Shown: positions 38,739-48,024 of the stretch, piece by piece
How the letters are laid out: each line of letters begins with the position of its first letter
How positions within the stretch are numbered: the first letter of the stretch is position 1
Assembly: GCA_041659245.1 (NCBI GenBank)
Contig: JBAZYQ010000001.1
Location: forward strand, 4,912-68,911
Length of the DNA: 64,000 nucleotides
From: Candidatus Nanoarchaeia archaeon
GTDB lineage: Archaea > Nanobdellota > Nanobdellia > SCGC-AAA011-G17 > GW2011-AR17
Direction: 5' to 3'
Position numbers and translations under genes: made by a program
Notes under the pieces: generated by a model
Database searches by the model: none
What the model was told of the DNA's origin: nothing
The model's input: only the letters and a program-made list of their open reading frames with translations

Positions 38739-40154
38739 TCACTTTAATATAAACTTAATAAAGCCCATTCCGCTGTTCAATACTTTCTTTCTAATCTTCG
38801 GATGCTTTAGTTTCCCCAGATATTTCACTATAATCCTTGGTCTTATATAAAATGCCATCCATGCCCTTTTATAATATTTCTCAAGCTCTTCCTTTGTAAG
38901 CCCGTGCGGCACGAAATTATCTGCATTAAACATATTTGTTTTTTTCCAATCCTTATCAAATGTTCCATATTTATCTGCCAAATTATATGCGGCTGCTCCG
39001 GGGAGAGGCGTGAAACAGGTAATATGGAAATCAGTAAGCGGGATTTTTCTTATAAATCTCAGCGTTTCTTCAATTGTTTCCTTTGTTTCACCGAAATTAC
39101 CCAGCATAAAGAGCCCCTTGACATCCATTCCTGCCTTCCTTGCCATTTTTATTGCTTCTTCAATTTGTTCTTTTTTTACTCCTTTGTTAAGTATATCAAG
39201 AATCTTTTGTGAGCCGCTTTCACACCCAAAGTTTATCTGCCAGCATCCTGCTTTATTCATTAGCTTTAGCAGTTCCGCATCAATAGTGTCCACGCGCCCC
39301 AGGCATGACCATGTTATATCAATCTTTTCGTTGATTATCCTTTCGCATATCTCTTTTAACCTTTTTTTGAACAGTAAAAAATTATCATCTTCAATGAAAA
39401 GCTCTTTGATACCATAATCCTGCTGCAATTTTTTAATCATTCTGATTACATAATCTGCGCTATAACATCGACATAAGTTTCCAAAAACACTCCTGTCGCA
39501 AAATATGCACTGCCCTGTGCATCCTCTTGAAGTGATAAGCAATGTTGCGGGATACCTGTGCATTGTATCTGCAGCGGGCTGGTAGTATTTAACAAGATTA
39601 GGCAGCATATCCCATGCGGGAAATGGTAGCCTATCCAAATCCATAATCGGCTTTCTTTTGCCTGTGAATATAATCTTGTCTTTTTCACGAATTATGAGCC
39701 CCTGGATTTTGTCGATACTTTTTCCTTCATCAAGAGTATCAAGCAGTTCCAGGATTGTATCTTCAGCTTCCCCTACCACGCCTATTTCAAAGACAGGGAA
39801 TATATTCATTGTTTGTTCAGGCACTGCAGTTATATGCGGTCCGCCAAGAATTATCCTTATTTTAGAATTAGCTTTATGCACTCCTTCTGCAACTTCTGCT
39901 GCAGTATAAACAGACATTGTTGTGGAAGTGATTCCCAGATAATCCGGTTTTTCCGCTATAATTGCATCTATTGTTTCTTTAATTGTCATTTTTAGGGCAA
40001 GGGCATCAATTATTTTTGTGTTATACCCCTTATCTTTTGTAACTGCCGCAAGAATAGCGAGTCCCAAAGGTGGTAGTTCGCTTCCTGCATCTCCCAACTC
40101 GTTATATAATTCGCTTAAGTTTTGAGGCGGATTAAGAAAAACTATTTTGCTCAT
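38739..40154 (-). CDS. Cobalamin-binding (class B) radical SAM enzyme, subfamily 2
   Basis: B12-binding-like N-terminus (PPLGLAILAAV…YLGITSTT…ILGGPH); SRGCTGQCIFCDRS CxxxCxxC. Start overlaps the stop of 40151..40888 by 4 bp. Confidence 0.85.
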   Translation of the reverse strand: MSKIVFLNPPQNLSELYNELGDAGSELPPLGLAILAAVTKDKGYNTKIIDALALKMTIKETIDAIIAEKPDYLGITSTTMSVYTAAEVAEGVHKANSKIRIILGGPHITAVPEQTMNIFPVFEIGVVGEAEDTILELLDTLDEGKSIDKIQGLIIREKDKIIFTGKRKPIMDLDRLPFPAWDMLPNLVKYYQPAADTMHRYPATLLITSRGCTGQCIFCDRSVFGNLCRCYSADYVIRMIKKLQQDYGIKELFIEDDNFLLFKKRLKEICERIINEKIDITWSCLGRVDTIDAELLKLMNKAGCWQINFGCESGSQKILDILNKGVKKEQIEEAIKMARKAGMDVKGLFMLGNFGETKETIEETLRFIRKIPLTDFHITCFTPLPGAAAYNLADKYGTFDKDWKKTNMFNADNFVPHGLTKEELEKYYKRAWMAFYIRPRIIVKYLGKLKHPKIRKKVLNSGMGFIKFILK

Positions 40155-40888
40155 TCTTTTACCCCTCTTATTCTTCGCCAGGTAAATTTCATTAAAGTTT
40201 TCATTGCCTTTATTATTTCCTGTCTTGATATTTTTGAAACGCCGACTCTTCTGTCTTCGAAGATTATCGGTATCTCACCAATCTTAAAATTATTTACTTG
40301 ACATTTATACATCATTTCCAGAAGAAATGAATATCCATTTGAGTAAATATTATTGAGATTGATTGTGCTTAATACTTCTTTTTTGTAGCATCTGAATCCT
40401 GCTGTGCAATCATTGGCTTTAAGCCCAAGCAAAGTATGAGCTAGAAGATTTGTGCTGCGGCTTATTATCTTTCGTGATATCCCCCAATTTTTGGTGCCTC
40501 CGCCAGGCACATATCTTGAACCCACGCAGAGGTCACATGTTTCCATCTTTTTGAGCATACTTGGCAGATAGCTTGGCTTATGGGAAAAGTCAGCGTCCAT
40601 GGTAATGGCATAATCATACTCTTTTTCCAGAGCAAACCTGAATCCGGCGATATAAGCTGTGCCAAGCCCCATTTTACCAGGCCTTTCTATTATAAACAGA
40701 TTTTGTTTAAATTTTTCATACATGATTTTTTTTACAATTGCTGCCGTTCCATCTGGAGAATTATCATCAACAACTACTATATGTAGTCCTAAATTATTTT
40801 TTGAAGAAACATCATATATTTCTGTTATTAGCGTGCTTATATTTTCTTTTTCATTATATGTTGGAAGGATAATTATGGCTTTTTTCAT
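40151..40888 (-). CDS. GT2 polyprenol-phosphate sugar synthase (Dpm1/ArnC/GtrB-like)
   Basis: KAIIILPTYNEKENI…VVVDDNSPDGT…DADFSH. Confidence 0.85.
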   Translation of the reverse strand: MKKAIIILPTYNEKENISTLITEIYDVSSKNNLGLHIVVVDDNSPDGTAAIVKKIMYEKFKQNLFIIERPGKMGLGTAYIAGFRFALEKEYDYAITMDADFSHKPSYLPSMLKKMETCDLCVGSRYVPGGGTKNWGISRKIISRSTNLLAHTLLGLKANDCTAGFRCYKKEVLSTINLNNIYSNGYSFLLEMMYKCQVNNFKIGEIPIIFEDRRVGVSKISRQEIIKAMKTLMKFTWRRIRGVKE

Positions 40889-41056
40889 ATTAGAGTTACC
40901 TTTTACATATTTGCATATAATCTTTTAATTTTATCGGTTTCTGATGTGTTGTTAAAATAGTGCAGATTTAAAAACTTTGCCTTATTTTGTAATAACTAGC
41001 TAAAACCGGCAAATTTCGCATGCAATGTGGTTTTTAGCTAAAATGATTTGTTTTTC

Positions 41057-41072
41057 AATAAATTTATAAATC
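41057..41072 (+). promoter_or_regulatory. Candidate archaeal BRE/TATA box (AATAAATTTATAAATC) ~25-30 bp upstream of the gmd ATG, suggesting a leaderless transcript
   Basis: TTTATAAA with an A-rich upstream BRE-like element at the expected -26/-27 spacing from ATG 41095. Sequence-only; the AT-rich background gives a high false-positive risk. Confidence 0.25.
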
Positions 41073-41094
41073 CCTTAGCATAAATCTAGATAAA

Positions 41095-42087
41095 ATGCCC
41101 AAAACAGCACTCATCACAGGAATAACAGGACAGGACGGCTCTTATCTTGCTGAATTCTTACTGGGCAAAGGATACACTGTTTACGGATTAATAAGGCGCT
41201 CTTCAACAGAAACCACAGGCAGGATACAGCATTTAGTTGATTCAGGAAAAATTCAATTGATAGGCGGAGATATAATAGACCATCTTTCATTAATACAGGC
41301 TGTGCAAAAATCGGGCGCAGACGAGGTTTACAATCTTGCTGCAATGTCTTATGTGAAAGCTTCTTGGGATCATCCTGTTGCGACTGCTGATTACACAGGT
41401 ATAAGCGTCACCAAGATGCTTGAAGCAATAAGAACCATCAATCCAAAGATAAAATTCTACCAGGCATCAAGCAGCGAAATGTTCGGCAAGGTGCAGGCAG
41501 TGCCGCAAAATGAAAAAACTCCTTTCTATCCAAGAAGCCCTTACGGAATTGCAAAGCTTTTCGGGCACTGGACAACTGTGAATTACAGGGAAAGTTACAA
41601 TATATTTGCGTGCAGCGGAATACTATTTAATCATGAATCCCCAAGAAGGGGAATGGAATTTGTAACAAGAAAGATATCCCATAATGTCGCTAAAATAAAA
41701 TTAGGGCTTTCAAACGGTTTTAGCCTTGGCAATATGGATGCAAAAAGAGACTGGGGTTTTGCAGGGGATTATGTTAAGGCAATGTGGCTTATGCTTCAGC
41801 AGGACAAGCCGGAGGATTATGTTATTGCAACAGGCGAAACGCATTCTGTCCGCGAATTCGTGGATGCTGCTTTTTCGCACGTAGGCATAACAGACTGGGA
41901 AAAGTATGTCAAGGTTGATGCAAGGTATATGAGGCCTGCAGAAGTTGAGCTGTTGGTAGGAGATGCCTCAAAAGCAAGGGATGTGCTTGGCTGGAAGCCT
42001 GATGTTTCATTCAAGGAACTTGTTGCCATGATGGTTGATTCTGACTTAAGGTTGTTGAAAAATGAGAGTTCTAATAACAGGAATTGA
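41095..42087 (+). CDS. gmd: GDP-mannose 4,6-dehydratase
   Basis: [20 protein letters not shown]-terminus, YxxxK (YGIAK), characteristic Gmd blocks ([22 protein letters not shown]); 330 aa. Confidence 0.9.
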   Translation: MPKTALITGITGQDGSYLAEFLLGKGYTVYGLIRRSSTETTGRIQHLVDSGKIQLIGGDIIDHLSLIQAVQKSGADEVYNLAAMSYVKASWDHPVATADYTGISVTKMLEAIRTINPKIKFYQASSSEMFGKVQAVPQNEKTPFYPRSPYGIAKLFGHWTTVNYRESYNIFACSGILFNHESPRRGMEFVTRKISHNVAKIKLGLSNGFSLGNMDAKRDWGFAGDYVKAMWLMLQQDKPEDYVIATGETHSVREFVDAAFSHVGITDWEKYVKVDARYMRPAEVELLVGDASKARDVLGWKPDVSFKELVAMMVDSDLRLLKNESSNNRN

Positions 42088-42976
42088 CGGATTTGTAGCG
42101 CCATTTCTTGCTCGGCTTGAAAAAAACACCAATGAAGTTTTTGGCGCTTATCTTAAGGAGCCCATAAGGGAAAAAGGAATAAATTATATTCTTATGGATT
42201 TGCTTGATGAAAAAGCAGTTGACAAAGTTATTGCAGATGTAAAGCCCGATGTCATATATCATCTTGCAGGCTTCAGCTCTGTTGCAGACAGCTGGAAAAC
42301 ACCTAAAATGGCAATGAAAATCAATGCTGGCGGGACATACAATCTTCTTAATGCGGTACAAAAAGCAGGAATAAACCCCCGAATTGTAGCTGTTTCTTCT
42401 GCAGATGTTTATGGTAATCCATTGCATTTGCCAATTAGTGAGTCACACCCATTAAATCCGCAAAGCCCCTACGGCGAATCCAGGATTGAGCAGGAAAATA
42501 TTATATCTGGATTCAAAAAGCTGGACGTGATTATTTCAAGAAGCTTCAGCCATACTGGCCCGGGGCAAAGCACCAAGTTTGTATGCTCTGATTTTGCATA
42601 TAAGATTGCTGCAATTGAGAAAGGTATTGCAGACAATATTCTAATGCACGGTGACATTAAAATTAAAAGGGATTTTTCAGATGTGAGGGATATTGTAAGG
42701 GCATATGTGCTTCTTGCAAGGAAAGGAAAGCCGCATCAGGCATACAATGTCTGTTCAGGCAAGGCTTATTCAATAGGGCAGATACTGGACATATTTTTAA
42801 GAATGAGCAAATCAAAGATAATAAAAAAGTTTGATTCTTCTAAAACAAGAAAAGCTGACATTCCCGTACTGCAGGGAGATAATTCAAAGCTTGTCAATGA
42901 TACCGGCTGGAAGCCGGAGATTAAGTTAGAGGAAACACTTAAGGAATTGCTGGAATACTGGAGAAATAATATTTAG
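42062..42976 (+). CDS. GDP-4-dehydro-6-deoxy-D-mannose reductase (Rmd)-like short SDR
   Basis: [24 protein letters not shown] YxxxK. 304 aa; overlaps the gmd 3' end by 26 bp; paralog of 50197..51141. Confidence 0.6.
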   Translation: MRVLITGIDGFVAPFLARLEKNTNEVFGAYLKEPIREKGINYILMDLLDEKAVDKVIADVKPDVIYHLAGFSSVADSWKTPKMAMKINAGGTYNLLNAVQKAGINPRIVAVSSADVYGNPLHLPISESHPLNPQSPYGESRIEQENIISGFKKLDVIISRSFSHTGPGQSTKFVCSDFAYKIAAIEKGIADNILMHGDIKIKRDFSDVRDIVRAYVLLARKGKPHQAYNVCSGKAYSIGQILDIFLRMSKSKIIKKFDSSKTRKADIPVLQGDNSKLVNDTGWKPEIKLEETLKELLEYWRNNI

Positions 42977-43032
42977 CAAACTGAGCTTATGCATTCACAA
43001 GGCTTTTTAACCCTCTTTTCCAGATTTATTCT

Positions 43033-44181
43033 ATGAAAATAGGCTTTTTGCTCTCATCCTTCTATCCTGCAACAGGCGGAAGGGAGACAATTACATTTAA
43101 TCAGGCGAGGGAGCTGGCAAGAAGGGGGCACGAGGTGCATGTATTCACTTCTTTGGCAAATGGGCTGAAAAAAGAAGAGGTTGTTGAAAAAATACACATA
43201 CACAGAAGCAAGACATGGTTTAAGTACAAATATTATCTTGAATTTAATCCGGGCTGGGTATGGAATGTGATGAAATGCAAGTTGGATATTCTTCATATTC
43301 AAAGCTTTGGCTTTATCATGGCTGACAAGATTGTTTTGCTGAAAAAGATTTTTACAAAAACAAAACTGGTGAATACGCCGCATGGGCCTTTCATGGCTCT
43401 GGACAAATACCCCCTTTGGCAGGCTGTTTTGAAAAAAGTATATACTGCGCTGGAATATCCTGTTAATCGGCTTTATGACGCTGTAATACAGGTTAATCCG
43501 GAGCAGTGGACTTGGATGGTTAAAGCAGGCGCAAGAAAAGACAGGATTCATCTTATTCCCAATAGCATTCCTCATGAATTATTTGGAAAATACGACTCCA
43601 GGAAATTCATTGAAAAATACGATTTGAAAGGCAAGATAGTAATAAGCTATGTCGGAAGAATCCAGAAATACAAGGGGCTTGACCAGGTGATTGCTGTTTT
43701 GCCTGATGTTCTTAAGAAACATAAGAATGCTGTTTTTCTTGCAATGGGCAAGGATGCTGATGACATGGACAGGCTTAAGAAGATGGCTGCTGAGCTTAAT
43801 GTTGAAAAGCAGGTTATATTGACAGGCTCTGTTACTGAAGAAGAGAAGATTCAGGGCTTGGATGTTTCGCAGATATTCGTGTTTCCTTCTGAATGGGAGG
43901 CATTTGGAATAGTCCTTGTTGAGGCAATGGCTCGCGGAAATGCTTTAATTAGCACTAAGACAGAAGGGGGCAGGTATCTTGTTGAAGAAGGCGTAAACGG
44001 CTATCTCTATGACTACAAGAATACCGAGCAGCTAAAGAAATGCCTTTTGAAATTGCTGGATGATGAAAAATCCAGAAAGCTTATAATAAGCAATAATCTG
44101 AAAAAATCGCACAGGTTCAAGATTGAAACCATAACTGACGAGCTTGAAACGCTGTATAAATCACTGACAAAGGCGAAATAA
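43033..44181 (+). CDS. GT4-family glycosyltransferase
   Basis: FPSEWEAFGIVLVEAMARGNALISTKTEGG E-x7-E region; 382 aa. Confidence 0.85.
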   Translation: MKIGFLLSSFYPATGGRETITFNQARELARRGHEVHVFTSLANGLKKEEVVEKIHIHRSKTWFKYKYYLEFNPGWVWNVMKCKLDILHIQSFGFIMADKIVLLKKIFTKTKLVNTPHGPFMALDKYPLWQAVLKKVYTALEYPVNRLYDAVIQVNPEQWTWMVKAGARKDRIHLIPNSIPHELFGKYDSRKFIEKYDLKGKIVISYVGRIQKYKGLDQVIAVLPDVLKKHKNAVFLAMGKDADDMDRLKKMAAELNVEKQVILTGSVTEEEKIQGLDVSQIFVFPSEWEAFGIVLVEAMARGNALISTKTEGGRYLVEEGVNGYLYDYKNTEQLKKCLLKLLDDEKSRKLIISNNLKKSHRFKIETITDELETLYKSLTKAK

Positions 44182-45204
44182 ATGAAAGTAATATGCAGGG
44201 TGCCGGTAAGAATCAATCTCGCAAATGGCGGGGACACTGATTACTATATTAAGGAAGCCGGCTGGGGATGCGTTGTCAATGCAACTCTTTCCTCGCATTT
44301 CTATGAAGTTGAGCTTAACGAAGATAATAATTTCAAGATGGACATTGTTGATTATTTTGACTATGCGCATAACATGAACAGGACATACAGGCTTGACTCT
44401 GATTTTTCAGAGCTGGACTTGCTGAAAGCATCATTAAAGGAAACAGGATTCAATGGAAGAAATTCTTTTGTATCAAGGACAAATGTTCCAATGCAATCCG
44501 GATTGGGAGGCTCTTCCTCAGTATGCGTTGCAATACTTTCTGCAATTAAGCATTACAGGAATGAGCAGATAAACCCGCATGAGATTGCATCAATGGCTTA
44601 CTCTATTGAGAGAAACAGATTAAATGTGCCCGGCGGATACCAGGACCAGTATGCTGCGGCGTTTGGAGCAGGCTTTAATTACATGGAATTCAGGAATGAC
44701 GGGGTTTCTGTTGAGAATCTTAATCTTTCTGATGAAGTTATTGAAAAGCTGGAGAAAAATCTGATTTTGTATTATATTTCAAAAAGAAGCGTTTCAGGAA
44801 CCGAGGTTCACAAGGCGCAGGAGCAGAAAGCGGCTTTGGAATGGGAGCAGGTTAAGTCACTGCTTGTTGAAAAAAGAGATAATGCCGTAAAGACAAAGGC
44901 GGCTTTACTTTCAGGGGATTTATCACAATTCGCCTTGCTTTTAAAAATTGACGGAGAGCTGAAGAATAAATTGTCTCCAAAGGCTTCAAATGAATTTATT
45001 GATTCTTTGATGGAAACTGCTTATTTGAATGGCGCAATCGGCGGGAAGATTTCAGGGGCTGGAAGCGGCGGGTGCATGTTCTTTTACGTGCCTGAGGAAA
45101 AGCAATCGCAATTTAAGCAGGCGATGGAGAATTCTGGCGCGATTGAGATGAATTACAGGTTTCAGAGAAGCTATGAGCCGGGAATTCTCTTGAAGAGATT
45201 GTGA
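44182..45204 (+). CDS. GHMP-family sugar kinase (D-glycero-D-manno-heptose 7-phosphate kinase HddA-like)
   Basis: GHMP motif PMQSGLGGSSSVCVAIL; C-terminal GAGSGGCMFFYV. Starts immediately after the upstream stop (TAAATG). Confidence 0.7.
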   Translation: MKVICRVPVRINLANGGDTDYYIKEAGWGCVVNATLSSHFYEVELNEDNNFKMDIVDYFDYAHNMNRTYRLDSDFSELDLLKASLKETGFNGRNSFVSRTNVPMQSGLGGSSSVCVAILSAIKHYRNEQINPHEIASMAYSIERNRLNVPGGYQDQYAAAFGAGFNYMEFRNDGVSVENLNLSDEVIEKLEKNLILYYISKRSVSGTEVHKAQEQKAALEWEQVKSLLVEKRDNAVKTKAALLSGDLSQFALLLKIDGELKNKLSPKASNEFIDSLMETAYLNGAIGGKISGAGSGGCMFFYVPEEKQSQFKQAMENSGAIEMNYRFQRSYEPGILLKRL

Positions 45205-45264
45205 TTCGGAAGGTTTATATATTACTTCTTCGGGGTAACTCTAGAGTATTCAGGGGGTAAATCA

Positions 45265-46017
45265 ATGGTAAATCTTGAACAAATAACAGCAATCGCAACA
45301 ACTACTTTTTACAAGCCGGGCTCTGAGAATGATGCAATGAGGGCTGAGATTGCAAAAAAGACTGTAAGAAATGCGGCTGATTTGGGATATCCTATTGTTA
45401 TTGTTGACGGCGGCTCTTCTGATGAATTGCTGAAAGAGTTTCAAAGCTACGGGCAAAATGTTTATGTTCATGTCGAGCCAAAAATGGGCATGGGAGAAAG
45501 CAGAAGGCACGCCCTGAATCTTGCAATGAAGCTTGGCAGGCATGTTATTGCATGGGTTGAGCCTGAAAAAGAAAATTATATTCATAGTATTGCAAAAACA
45601 GTTGAGCCTATTTTTGACGGCTCTGCTGATTTGGTTGTACCCAGAAGGGCATCATTGGCATCTTATCCTCTTGGGCAGCAGCAGGCGGAAAGCATGGGCA
45701 ATTTATTCTGGAACAAATTAACAGGGCATGATTTGGACATGTGGTTCGGGCCAAGGACTTTCAGAAGGGATATCAGCGCTTATTTTACAACATATAACGG
45801 AGAGTATGGCGACAAATGGGATTCAATTTTCATACCGGTAATGGATGCCATAATCGGCGGAGAGAATGTTAAGAGTGTTACAGTTGATTACACCCATCCT
45901 GCAGAGCAGACTGCTTTTGAAGAGCAGGACTTGAGCTTGTATTTGAAGAGAGTCAAGCAGCTGGAAAACCTGCTTCCTGCATTGGAAACACACTGGAAAA
46001 AAAGAAAGGGAATCTGA
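45265..46017 (+). CDS. Hypothetical protein, possible GT-A-fold (nucleotide-diphospho-sugar transferase-like)
   Basis: IVIVDGGSSDELL resembles the GT2 xDD motif region. Otherwise unrecognised. Confidence 0.35.
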   Translation: MVNLEQITAIATTTFYKPGSENDAMRAEIAKKTVRNAADLGYPIVIVDGGSSDELLKEFQSYGQNVYVHVEPKMGMGESRRHALNLAMKLGRHVIAWVEPEKENYIHSIAKTVEPIFDGSADLVVPRRASLASYPLGQQQAESMGNLFWNKLTGHDLDMWFGPRTFRRDISAYFTTYNGEYGDKWDSIFIPVMDAIIGGENVKSVTVDYTHPAEQTAFEEQDLSLYLKRVKQLENLLPALETHWKKRKGI

Positions 46018-46023
46018 AATAAG

Positions 46024-46734
46024 ATGATACAACTCGGCACTCTGGGAAACTTCTTCCACGCAATCTGGCTTGGCAGGATAGAAGGTTCTCTTAAGCTGGA
46101 GAATACAAATTTTATCGGGCAGGACAATGTCATTGCAGTTGGAAGAGATTTAAAAAATGATTTGGAATCTGTTGTTGCTCTTCAGCCTGATATTGTTGTT
46201 GCAGGAAATCACGGGTGCAGGGTTAATTGCTCCGAGTGCTGCGACAAGCCTGCTTACAGGAACAGGGTTACGAGAAGATACTGCGAATACCTTACTGAAG
46301 TTGGAAATTATTGCATTACAAAGCTTGCAGGCAAAAACTGCACAGACGATGTTTGCGAAAAATGGTTCTGCTTAGAGTTTTGCGAAGATCCTGTTGACAG
46401 GTTCTCTGGAAATTCACTTGAAGTGCCTTTGATAGGAAATACTGCGAATATTTACAGCCTAAGGCAGAAGGTGGAATTTTTGGCAATTGTTACAGCAGTG
46501 CAGACAGGTATTAAAACATGCAATATAGCTTCGCTTGCGTCACGCGGTAGGGAAGTAATACTTTACAAAAAGGCAAAAGAAATGCTGTTGAAAACAGCTG
46601 ATGTGAAAGCGGCTGCACTTATTGAGAATGATGAATTTGAACAGGCAAAGGCATTGATGGGAAGCAATAATTATTTTGAAGCGCTGAAGCAGTGGGAAGA
46701 AAGATATTGCAAGAGGAAGAAGTTGAAGTTATAA
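46024..46734 (+). CDS. Cysteine-rich hypothetical protein (possible metal/Fe-S binding)
   Basis: Cys clusters HGCRVNCSECCDK (CxxxCxxCC) and YCEYL…NYCITKLAGKNCTDDVCEKWFCLEFC. The 236-aa size is too short for a canonical radical SAM barrel. Confidence 0.4.
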   Translation: MIQLGTLGNFFHAIWLGRIEGSLKLENTNFIGQDNVIAVGRDLKNDLESVVALQPDIVVAGNHGCRVNCSECCDKPAYRNRVTRRYCEYLTEVGNYCITKLAGKNCTDDVCEKWFCLEFCEDPVDRFSGNSLEVPLIGNTANIYSLRQKVEFLAIVTAVQTGIKTCNIASLASRGREVILYKKAKEMLLKTADVKAAALIENDEFEQAKALMGSNNYFEALKQWEERYCKRKKLKL

Positions 46735-46748
46735 TCTTGAGATACAAA

Positions 46749-47960
46749 ATGAAAAACATAATAATCGTGAATCAGGCGCCGCACGGAATAGGTCCCATAT
46801 TGAGGGCTGCGGAATTTGCGCAGGATTTGTATCATATGCTAAAAAAAGATAATCCTGCCAATGAATATGAAATTGTCTTTACAGAACCTGAAAAGCCGTT
46901 TCTAAAGAAAGTTTTGCAAAATGAAACATTTCTAAATGACGAGGCTTTGGAGCATGTATGGCTTTCGCCTGAATTTGGAGCTCTTGTAAATTCATTTGAT
47001 TTCAGCAGTTCAGATTACAAAGACAGGCTGGAAAATATAGCTGCCAACAGAAGCAATCTTGAAGCAAAACTTTTATCATTGCTTGAAAATGGAATGGAGG
47101 CTTATAAGCTTGTAAAGCCGGAAGAAAGGATGGCTGTAAAAAGCGATAATTTGTTATGTGAAGTCAGCCATAATCCCATTCTAAGAACTGCTGTTGACGG
47201 TTCGCTTAGCATGTTTTATACAACAATAGGATTGTTTTCAGAAATATTAAAGCATGCTTCTGATGTAAACCCCAGATACAATGATGCAGAACTGCAGAAA
47301 GTAGTGCAGGCTTGCATATCAGAAGCAAAAGACGTAGAAAGCGTGCAGACTTTTCTTATGGTGGCAGAGCCATCAGCACTTACATACAAGGGGAATACAA
47401 ACAAAAATGAGCTTTGGATTCCGCCTTTCATAAGGCCTCCTGCAGGAAGCACTGAAACACTCAAACAAGGAGTTTATCTGAATATTTCAGGAATAGATTC
47501 AGTGCAGAAACAGATAGTTGATTTGGCAAAGCCATTCATGGATGCAGGCTATGCTGTTTATTATCCACCAAGCTACAAGCAAGGCATTGAAGGCGGTATA
47601 GAAAAAGCGCCTGTTGAAAAAGGCATAAGCATTTTCTCAAATCCTGCAATTATTGCAGCTGTCGGCAGAATGGGCTGGAGTTCTGTGTGGGAGCCCATGA
47701 TGAATGGAAGCCCGTTTATTACATATGAATATGATGAGAAAGAAGATCCTGAAATGCATCATAATGTAAGAACACTTGAACAGCTTGGATTGGGTGTTGT
47801 GATGAAGACAGGAGATGAACCAAAAGTTGTAATGGAAAAGGCGCTTGCATTGAGACCAAAAATACAGCAATATCTTGGAACACTTCAGCAAAAGTATGGC
47901 ACATTAAATGGAATAGAGTTTGCGGCAAAAAGGGCTTACTCAGCGCTTAAAGGCTGGTAG
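46749..47960 (+). CDS. Hypothetical protein with GT-B (MurG/GT28/GT1-like) C-terminal domain features
   Basis: C-terminal PAIIAAVGRMGWSSVWEPMMNGSPFITYEY…QLGLGVVM resembles the GT-B donor-binding region. Start placed at the internal ATG 46749. Confidence 0.4.
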   Translation: MKNIIIVNQAPHGIGPILRAAEFAQDLYHMLKKDNPANEYEIVFTEPEKPFLKKVLQNETFLNDEALEHVWLSPEFGALVNSFDFSSSDYKDRLENIAANRSNLEAKLLSLLENGMEAYKLVKPEERMAVKSDNLLCEVSHNPILRTAVDGSLSMFYTTIGLFSEILKHASDVNPRYNDAELQKVVQACISEAKDVESVQTFLMVAEPSALTYKGNTNKNELWIPPFIRPPAGSTETLKQGVYLNISGIDSVQKQIVDLAKPFMDAGYAVYYPPSYKQGIEGGIEKAPVEKGISIFSNPAIIAAVGRMGWSSVWEPMMNGSPFITYEYDEKEDPEMHHNVRTLEQLGLGVVMKTGDEPKVVMEKALALRPKIQQYLGTLQQKYGTLNGIEFAAKRAYSALKGW

Positions 47961-48024
47961 TTTGATTTTAATTCTAAATACAGATTCCATAATGCTTATA
48001 AGTTAAGGAAAGATTTCAAGATAT

